Part shown: piece after piece, positions 36,410 to 45,900 of the stretch
How the letters are laid out: every line of letters begins with the position of its first letter
Numbering within the stretch: the first letter of the stretch is position 1
DNA from: Macrostomum lignano
Taxonomy: Eukaryota
Length of the DNA: 64,000 nucleotides
Assembly (NCBI GenBank): GCA_002269645.1
Contig: NIVC01001900.1
Coordinates: 159,710 to 223,709, forward strand
Direction of reading: 5' to 3'
Notes under the pieces: generated by a model
What the model was told of the DNA's origin: nothing
Seen by the model: only the letters and a program-made list of their open reading frames with translations
The model's database searches: none
Position numbers and translations under genes: made by a program

Positions 36410-38111
36410 CTAAGCGCTGAACACCTGCAGTCTCCTGTTGTCACAGTCAGCCACCACCAGCTGGTCGCGCGGACCTCCCGTCACCACCGCCAGACTCAAC
36501 GGCCTGCTGAATCTGCCGTCTCCGCTGCCTCTCTCGCCCGGAGTCCCCAGAGTCCACAGCAGCGACCCGTCGTCTGCAGCCACAGCACGCACTGAGTGAC
36601 CCCAATTTTCACTCATGAACAGGCGGCCTCTGCTGTCGACGGCCACATCATATGGAAGAGCAGACTCTTGGAGGCCGGATCGCTGAGTCGGGAAGGAGGC
36701 GACCAGCTGCTGGGTGTCGATGCGCACTCTGTGCACCTGATTGTGATTCCAGTCTGTCACCAGAATGCAGTTGTTGTGAGTCGCCATGTTGCGCAGATCA
36801 GCATCAGGAAGCTGAGAAAGCGTGATGACCGTCTCCATCTGCCAAGTCGCTTTGCTGAATGCAGCAATTTCGTTTCCACTGGACACAAACACGGAGGCTG
36901 CGTTGCCGCCGATTCCCCTGATGCCCCTGAAACCCCGAATTTGTGGGCGGAGTCGACGCACCGAGCGACCGCTCAAGTCCGTCACTGTCACTGCGTCACG
37001 CTGAGCAATGAACAGCAGCTGACGGTCGCATTGAAGGCCCCAGATGTCCTTCCAATCGTCGCAATCGTCCAATCGTCTGTCGCAGTGGCACCGCAGCTTC
37101 TGTGAGCCGTCCAAAGACAGCACCAGTAGATCTCTGACTGAAGAGCATGATGCCAGGATGCAGGGCTGAGGCAGAGCCTCGCTGCGGTCTCCCGCTGAGT
37201 CGATGCGAACCACGGCCTGAGCGGTCACCAACGAATCCGCTGGTGTCGCTGCAGACAGCCAGCCATGCAACAGGACCATTCAGCTTCACCTCGTGACTGA
37301 AGACCATCGGCTCTAACATTCTCTCTCTCTCAGCAGCGTCTATCTCCTCGGATGTCGCGGTCACCGCAGCGTCTCTCGACCAGTCGCCCTCTTCACTGCG
37401 TCCCGCACAAATGCCAACCAGCCGCTCGAGCTGGCCCAGAAGCCGCAGCTGCAGCTCCTCATTGTCCCTCTGTTCTCTGAGCAGGCGCTCTGACCTCTCA
37501 AAGTCGGCCTCCAAGTCTCCAAGCGATTCGTGCATGGACTGGACCAGGCGAAGCAGCTCCGCCATGTCGCCTGCAGTCTCCGCCGTGGCCACCTCCTGCT
37601 TGTAGCTGGAGACGTCCTCGAGGTCCCGCTCGCACACACGCACTGCCTCAAGCACACCTGAGAGCTGGCCCGTCACCCTGCTACGAAACGAGTCGATGTG
37701 TTGCTGTACCAAATCGAATTTGTGATTGACCTCTTGCAGCTGCTGTTGGATGTCGAGAGCGAGACGACGCAGCGACTCAGCGTCTTGTCTTGGTCGCAGC
37801 AGCGCTGCACGGCCAGCTGCACCTGCTGCGCCTTGTGATTCTTGGGGGTCTTGTGAGACTTGTGACTCTTGTGACCCTTGTGAGACTTGTGAGTCTTGTG
37901 ACTCTTGTGAGTAGGCACGCAGCAGCTCTTCCACCTCCTCCTTGAGCTTGAATAGATTGGCCACATCGACACTGAGGTGTTGACTGCACATGTGGCAGCG
38001 GGAGAACGGAGCCACACCGACTGCAGCTTTGTCGCAGATGATGCAGAGAGGAGTTGGGGAAGCGGGAGGCGCGTCCGAACTCGAGCTGCCGCTGGAGCTC
38101 CTGCGGCTCAT
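36410..38111 (-). pseudogene. TRIM-NHL-like paralogue 5 (single 2-bp frameshift; could be a sequence error)
   Basis: GGCCGTGGTTCGC versus GGCCGTGTGGTT in paralogues (~37210); otherwise full length. Confidence 0.8.
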
Positions 38112-38335
38112 TGTTGGATTGTCTGTGAAGAGCTGAAATGCAGATGAAGTTTTATTCAGACTTATGAAGACTTATTTAGAATTCCAAGTTACCGAGTGGG
38201 CCATGAGGGTAATTTGGATTTAATTTTTGATTGTAAGAGGATGAGAATGTTATGCCTGTGCTTTTCAGCTGCGCTAGCATTGTGGGTGGCTCTCCGTCCT
38301 ATCTAATCGGAAGCCTTCTAGTAGCGTAGGTAGTG

Positions 38336-39528
38336 CCGCTGCCACCAGTTTCTTAGTGTCTCACCCGTCTCCTCATCGACGTGTGAGGTTGAGGATCCCG
38401 TCGGAACGAAATAAACAAGACAAGCGAACACAGCACTTCAGGCGGATTAGCAATTTCAGACTAATAGTCAGCAGATCCTGTCGGGCTCAGTGGGCTGGCT
38501 GGGAGGGCGATGCCAGCCTCCAAGCAGCCTCAGAGGTCAGGGTCTAGGTTTGCACAGGCAAGCCAATAGCAAGCGGGAATTAGAATAGCAGGCAGGAAAT
38601 TAGAATGGACAGAATTGAAGACTCGAGACTCCTTGACAAAGCCAAGGGTTCGCATTTATAGGCAGAAATCTATTGCACCATCCCATGCAAGAACCCATTG
38701 CGCCAGATCGCGTGACGCTGCTTCTATTTTTAGCAATAGACGCGGAGGTTTGCATCAGAGAAGGCAAGGGGCCCGGATCACATGATTTCGCCATAAACAT
38801 GGACCGATTGGACAGTGAGAAATTCACTGTAGTTCGGACTGTTGGAGAAACAGAGCTACTAGTGAAGCCACTAGTGACCGCCGCACAGAGAGCGAACCAA
38901 GAGCAGGCTTAAGCCAAGCTGCCCAGCGGCTGCAAACAAGAGCACAATGGGGCAGGGAAGACAGGCAGCCAAAGGGGAAAGCTGCGCCCAGCGGCTGCAA
39001 ACAAGAGCACAAGGGGGCAGGGAAGACAGGCAGCCAAAGGGGAAAGCTGCGCCCAGCGGCTGCAAACAAGAGCACAATGGGGCAGGGAATCCAGGCAGCC
39101 AAAGGGGAAAGCTGCGCCCAGCGGCTGCAAACAAGAGCACAATGGGGCAGGGAAGACAGGCAGCCAAAGGGGAAAGCTGCGCCCAGCGGCTGCAAACAAG
39201 AGCACAAGGGGGCAGGGAAGACAGGCAGCCAAAGGGGAAAGCTGCGCCCAGCGGCTGCAAACAAGAGCACAATGGGGCAGGGAATCCAGGCAGCCAAAGG
39301 GGAAAGCTGCGCCCAGCGGCTGCAAACAAGAGCACAATGGGGCAGGGAAGACAGGCAGCCAAAGGGGAAAGCTGCGCCCAGCGGCTGCAAACAAGAGCAC
39401 AATGGGGCAGGGAAGACAGGCAGCCAAAGGGGAAAGCTGCGCCCAGCGGGAGACGACAGCTCACAGCGAGGGCGAGAGAAACTGCTGACTAAAGTGAGAC
39501 AATACCATTAATCCAGTGGCTCACTACA
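38336..39528 (-). mobile_element. LTR (~1.18 kb) with adjacent PBS-like motif; internal region absent
   Basis: Minus strand starts TGTAGTG (39528) and ends ..GAGACACTAAGAAAC followed by TGGTGGCAGCGG (38347-38336, the same motif as 15270); CCTATAAAT at ~38655-38663. No TSD found. Confidence 0.6.
38918..39448 (+). repeat. 65-bp tandem repeat, ~8 copies, inside the LTR
   Basis: GCTGCGCCCA recurs at 38981, 39046, 39111 and so on to 39436. Confidence 0.95.
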
Positions 39529-39864
39529 AGAACAAAGCAGGTTTTCAGGCATAATTATATTTTTACCTATAGCTACTTGTTAATTATAAAACTTACTAAT
39601 TTACATTTGTACGCGTTCGCCGTTCACTCAACTGGCCATTTGTGTATGCCACCCGTTTTTTCAAGACAAAAATCTTTTACTACGGGTCCGGGTGAAACAA
39701 GTCTTGTTGTTTAAGCTATAACTCTGCTAAAAACCGATTCTCATTTTGTGCAGTTTTTTGCTTTATTATCATTTTGGACACCCACTGAAAGTCTGGCGAA
39801 AGTTTTAGAAAAATCTAAAAATCAAAAGTATTTTTACGTACCCAAAGCTTAAGAAGTCCCAATA

Positions 39865-41761
39865 ATTCGCATCCTCCGAGAGGACCTGCAGCTGAGGTGG
39901 GCGTGTTGTGTTCAGTGTGGGTAACCCCACAACCTCACGGATGAGCAGAGCCAGATGCGAGTCAACTGTGCCACACAATTGCGACGGGTTCGGCTAGGAA
40001 TAAAGGAGGAAAGGTACAATTTGCACGCTGTGCAAGACGAGACATGGGTGTCCTGGGATCCTCATGGAACCAAGACTGACAACAGGACTTGGTTTGAGAT
40101 TGGAGAGGCCCAGAAGCAGGTCGTGCGCCCGAATGCCATGATGAAGCGGAAGTCCCTGCTGATGGTCACGTTCATAGCCAACAAGCAATTCTCAGTCACT
40201 GCATTGTCTCAGGGAGAGACAGTGGATGCCCAGCAGATGGTGAGCTACCTCTGGTGATCCGGAAAACTGTGGCGTACTCTGCGCTCCTACCCAGTCTGAC
40301 TGAGCGAGATCAGCTTGCAAATGGACAACCCGGGTAAAAATCAAGGTCTCCTAATGCTAGTAGATATAGTAGCGTCCGGCCTAGATATTACCCGGCTGTC
40401 GACCTTACCCAGCAGACATCAAGGGTGCAAATTTGTTGCACATGTATAGACTGCATTGCCCAGAGACATCGTGTATTTACGACATGCCGAGACATTACCC
40501 GACACATCATTTATTTCCACGAGACATGCCGAGACACCATTTATTTCCTCGAGACATTAAGACACCATTTATTTCCTCGAGACATGCCGAGACATTACCC
40601 GACACACCATTTATTTCCACGAGACATGCCGAGACATTACCCGAGACACCATTTATTTCCTCAAAATATGAGGAGACGTATAAAAAGTATGTAAAGGGAG
40701 GATAGACTGGATAGTAGCAAGTATTGTACGTGTATTTAATCGCTTGTCAAAAAATGAAATAACAAAGGGATAATTTCGCGATTGCCCACTGCAGTAAAAC
40801 TGTATAATAAATGATATTAATGTACATACAGTGGCCGTGGCGACCATGTGCACGTGCCGAGAGTTTCGCGTCCCAAAAAGATTTCGCCTCTTAGTCTGTA
40901 CCACGCTGTAGACGAAAAAATGGCCGGTTGTAAGTTAAACACTTTCGGCCCCTTATAGTCTACTTACAACGGACCACTTCTTGTCTGCTTATTCGTCTAA
41001 TTTTCATTTACAATACATATTAGTTGGACTTCAAATAGAACTATTGCATAACAAATGCAACACTGCAAGCAAAAACAGCACAGTTGAATTCAACGAATCA
41101 AAGGTTTGGTTGTTTTCGCCTTTTGTGGGTCTCAATTTGCGAATTCGCGTCATTCCACGCCACTGCTGTGTATATATATTATAATTAAAGAAAGGAATCC
41201 CGGGGCAATGTCTTAGGACAATGTCTCGCCATGCCTAGTGAAAAATAATGTCTCGCGGCAATGTCTACAAAGAGACACCCCACATGATGTCTCTCCAACA
41301 TTTCTTCAGGACATCTTATCATGAAGATTATCATGACGATGGGGGGGGGGTTGCAATGTCTCCGAAGCATCTTTCATTTTTTACTCGGGCAATGCTCGAC
41401 TGCATGTTGCAAGACCCTTACGGGATTTCCTGCAAGAGCGCTCTGTCGTCGTGATTTGGCAAAGCCCCTACAGTCCCGATCTGAACCCATGTGACCAATT
41501 TCTGTTCCTTTGGCTGAAGAACGCACTCAGAGGCATGACCTTCAACAGCTGTCACGAGGTTAAAGATCCGCCTCGTTGCAGGTGTTGCGGAGCATCTCCG
41601 AAAGTGCCCTCCGAGACCAGGTGGATCTGTCCCTGGACCACTGCCAGCGCGTGATTGCTGCCAATGGACACAGCGCTACTGATTAGAGTTAAAATGTTTC
41701 ATGTTTTTACCTGTTTCCTTGTCTAGAGGTAACTGACGACAAAACTTTCGTCCCCTTAGTA
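39865..41761 (+). mobile_element. mariner (DD34D) transposase relic, 5'-truncated and interrupted
   Basis: WV-PHNLT, QDETWV, MDN|ARLH and YSPDLNPCD motifs; removing 40329-41392 restores exactly 34 residues between the second and third D. Confidence 0.88.
40329..41389. mobile_element. non-autonomous TIR element with CCC...GGG ends and 3-bp TSD (CMC/EnSpm-like?)
   Basis: CCCGGGTAAAAA at left versus TTTTTACTCGGG at right; TSD CAA at 40326-40328 and 41390-41392; inverted subterminal GAGACAT repeats at ~40480-40660 and ~41200-41300. Confidence 0.8.
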
Positions 41762-41779
41762 AGTTAAACTTAAAGTGAT

Positions 41780-41962
41780 CACAGCACAGCACACTGTAAG
41801 GATGGATTGGTCACAGCACAGCACAGCACACTGAAAGAATGGATTGGTCACAGCACAGCACACTGCAAGAATGGATTGGTCAACAGCACAGCACACTATA
41901 AGGATGGATTGGTCAACAGCACAGCACACTATAAGGATGGATTGGTCACAGCACAGCACATT
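41780..41962 (+). repeat. 32-37-bp minisatellite (CACAG)nCACACT..GGATTGGT
   Basis: Direct reading, ~6 copies. Confidence 0.9.
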
Positions 41963-42923
41963 TGTGCCAACTATAATAAATCTAACAATGATTTCTTATT
42001 TATAAAACAAAAATAAACGTAAATAATAAAATAAATGATTATATTAAAAATTATGCTCGTCAACATTGGTGCTACAATATATTTATAAACGACTCTAATT
42101 CATTGACAATATTTTATATTTCATTCACAATGATCAATGGGCAATAAAAGTTTCAATTTTGATAGTGTGCAGAGAAGGCACCGTTATAATTGTTGAGAGT
42201 ATTGTTATTTCACTCAAGGCAATTACTTGGGCATGATCGGGTGATACAATACAAGACAATTAAATGCTTCCCTGGTGAAGCGCATTTCAATAATTCAGGG
42301 TTGTTAAAAAGTGCATTATCTAATTTGTGTGTAAAAATATAATTTAATAAATTTCAACAGAGTTGAAACACACCAAACTAATAATTATTAGCAGTTTAAC
42401 AATAATTTGATCTGTTCTTTGATTGAGCATTGTTTATTGGGATTAATAATTAACAATAATAAATTAGTGATAGTAATTACAATGCATTAGTTTATAATTT
42501 TCGAATTATTAGATCAAATAAATATTATTATTGAAATGCTATTGATCTAGGATCAAGAAAAAACTGTAGACACAGCGAACTGGGGACTTATAATCAGTCT
42601 ATGGATTTAAAAAAGGAATTATGGGATTTCAATCGCGAGATTTTAAGAACTTAAAATTTCAAACATAGGATCTTGTGGGATTTCAAACATGAGATCTTGT
42701 GGGAGTTCAAATATGGGATCTTGGATTTTTAGGTATGGGATCTTAAAATTTCAAAGAGGATCAGGAAATATATGGACAACATCTAGGGATTTTAGAATAA
42801 CATGCAGTGAAATAGATGCAGATCTATGCATCAGGGGAATGATTCTTAGAATTTCGGAAGAGACAGTCATCCGCTGAGGAATATTAAAAAATACAGAATC
42901 ATAAATACAGTCTGGCTTTCGAA

Positions 42924-45900
42924 TCACCAGGAGCCGCGTCGCTGATCGATCTGATCGCTGCAGGGCGACAGCAACGGCGATTTCTCGTTGTCGTCGACAT
43001 TCTGTCGTCGCGTGCATTTGGTCGCCGCCGCCGCTGCCGCTGCCGCCGTAACCGCCTCCGCTGCCTCTCGCAGCTCCTCGTCAGTGGGCGGTGACGCCGC
43101 CGCACCTGGCATCGGCGGCGGCGCCCTGGGCGGCGTTGAAGTGGCCGGCGACGCCTCACCACCGAGGTTGCCGATGTCGTTGTTGTCGTCGTCTTCGCAG
43201 CCGACGCTGACGCCGCGGCGAAAATGTCGATCGTTGCGTCGACGCCGAGGATCCAACGTGGAGCGACGCTGACGCCTGGGCAACAGCCGGTGTCGGTAGC
43301 CTCCGACATCTGACGATGGCGTCCGACAACCATCGACAAAAGAGCCTGCGGCTCCGGCTTGCATTGAGCGCTGCCGCTGCAGCTGCAGCAGGCTGGTGGC
43401 ACGAAGGAACGACACTGAGCGACGTCGGAATGGCACCGGTTGGACCAGCGTTGCGGCGGCTGTGGCGGCGCCTGCGGCTGTCGATACGGCGGTAACGGCA
43501 TCGACTGTGGCAGCGGCCGCGGCGCTGACGGCCGTGCGACGGTGCAATCGCTTCTGGTAGCGCTGGATGAGCACGAACACTAGGAATAGGGTCATCTGAG
43601 GTCACAGGGTGAGGGTCGTAGGTTAGCGATGTGTAGGCAGGGTCATCTGAGGTCACGGGGTGAGGGTTGTAGGTTAGCGATGTGTAGGCAGGGTCATTTG
43701 AGGTCACGGGGTGATGGTTGTAGGTTAGTGATGCGCGAGCAGGGTCATCTGAGGTCGCGGGGGTGAGGGTTGTAGGTTAGCGATGCGCGAGCAGGTTCAT
43801 CTGAGGTCACGGGGTGAGGAATGTGGCTTAGCGATGCATGAGCAGGGCAGGGTCATCTGAGGTCACGGGGTGAGGGGGTGTAGGTTAGCGAAGTACATGT
43901 ATGAGCAAAGAAGGGTCATCTGAGGTCACGGGGGAAGTAGATTAGGGTTTTAGATTAAGGGATCCATGGACAGGGTCATCCGATCGAGGTAACATGCTTT
44001 ATGTGTGCGTGCGGGAACACAAAACTACGGGTTAACTGAGGTCAAGGTGGCAAGCACACGCCCCAAGAAACAGAGAACCAAGGGGTCATCCAAGGTCACG
44101 AGAAATTAGTCCAAGTTTGGAACAATAAAACAAATAATAAACAAGCCGTGAAAAACGCATTACTGATATCAAAGAGAGGCCAGCGCCTGCGGTGGTGGCC
44201 CAGCCAAACGAAGAAATGTCAACCAGAAAGCCGCCAGCAATGGACCGACAAATTCGCTGTTAAAAGATTTTGAAAATCAGATTATAATTCGATAATTACT
44301 AATACATAGATTTAATACTACTCAAATTGAATAAGTAGTGAGTAGCGAATATGATTTGTAAATCTTACCCGAACGCGTAGGCCGAGCCCCACAGACCGCC
44401 AATTGCTCCGTGAACGGACACGTCGTCTGGAAGGCCAGCTTCTCTGAAAATTTGTTAATAATAATTATATTATTTCCAAAATAATCCCAAAAAATCACAT
44501 CTTTAAAAATCCAAAAAAATCCCAAATTTAGAAACCCCAAGATCCCATCTTTAGAAATCCCAGACAGAAGATCCCATCTTTAGAAATCCCAAGATTCCAT
44601 TTTAGAAATATCAAGATCCCATATTTAGAAATCCCCAGAAGATCCCATCTTTAGAAATCCCCAGAAGATCCCATCTTTAGAAATCCCCAGAAGATCCCAT
44701 CTTTAGAAATCCCCAGAAGATCCCATCTTTAGAAATCCCCAGAAGATCCTATCTTTAGAAATCCCCAGAAGATCCCATCTTTAGAAATCCCCAGAAGATC
44801 CCATCTTTAGAAATCCCCAGAAGATCCCATCTTTAGAAATCCCCAAAAGATACCAACTTTAGAAATCCCCAGAAGATCCCATCTTTAGAAATCCCCAGAA
44901 GATCCCATCTTTAGAAATCCCCAGAAGATACCAACTTTAGAAATCCCCAGAAGATACCATCTTTAGAAATCCCCAGAAGATCCCATCTTTAGAAATCCCC
45001 AGAAGATACCAACTTTAGAAATCCCCAGAAGATACCATCTTTAGAAATCCCCAGAAGATACCATCTTTAGAAATCCCCAGAAGATCCCATCTTTAGAAAT
45101 CCCCAGAAGATCCCATCTTTAGAAATCCCCAGAAGATCCCATCTTTAGAAATCTCCAGAAGATACCATCTTTAGAAATCCCCAGAAGATCCTATCTTTAG
45201 AAATCCCCAGAAGATCCTATCTTTAGAAATCTCCAGAAGATACCATCTTTAGAAATCCCCAGAAGATACCATCTTTAGAAATCCCCAGAAGATCCTATCT
45301 TTAGAAATCCCCAGAAGATACCATCTTTAGAAATCCCCAGAAGATCCCATCTTTAGATATCCCCAGAAGATACCAACTTTAGAAATCCCCAGAAGATCCC
45401 ATCTTTAGAAATCCCCAGAAGATACCATCTTTAGAAATCCCCAGAAGATACCATCTTTAGAAATCCCCAGAAGATCCCATCTTTAGAAATCCCCAGAAGA
45501 TACCATCTTTAGAAATCCCCAGAAGATACCATCTTTAGAAATCCCAGAAGATCCCATCTTTAGAAATCCCCAGAAGATACCATCTTTAGAAATCCCCAGA
45601 AGATACCATCTTTAGAAATCCCAGAATATCCCATCTTTAGAAATCCCCAGATCCCATCCTTACAAATCTCAGAAGATCCCATCTTAAGAAATCCCAGAAA
45701 TCTCAAAATCCCATTCGTGAACTAACCAAATCCCATTTAGATTTCAATGACATCCCAAAGAAAACTGCACTCACTCCGCAGCATCGAGCATATACTCATA
45801 GCTCGGCACGATGCCCATAGAGTTGAACAGGCCCAGCAGAGCCAGTGACACAATGATCAGAGCCAGACTGCCAGTAGCGCTATCCGGTGCATTGTTAGTG

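Noticed and set aside
38918-39448. CRISPR-like array (also considered for the 38-, 34-, 26- and 51-bp repeats)
   Set aside because: The units are contiguous with no unique spacers, there are no cas genes, and the context is eukaryotic.
38357-39501. TGTCTCAC...GTGAGACA as element termini
   Set aside because: The flanks (CTTAG / ATACC) give no TSD; the PBS position and TGTAGTG end fit the slightly larger LTR better.
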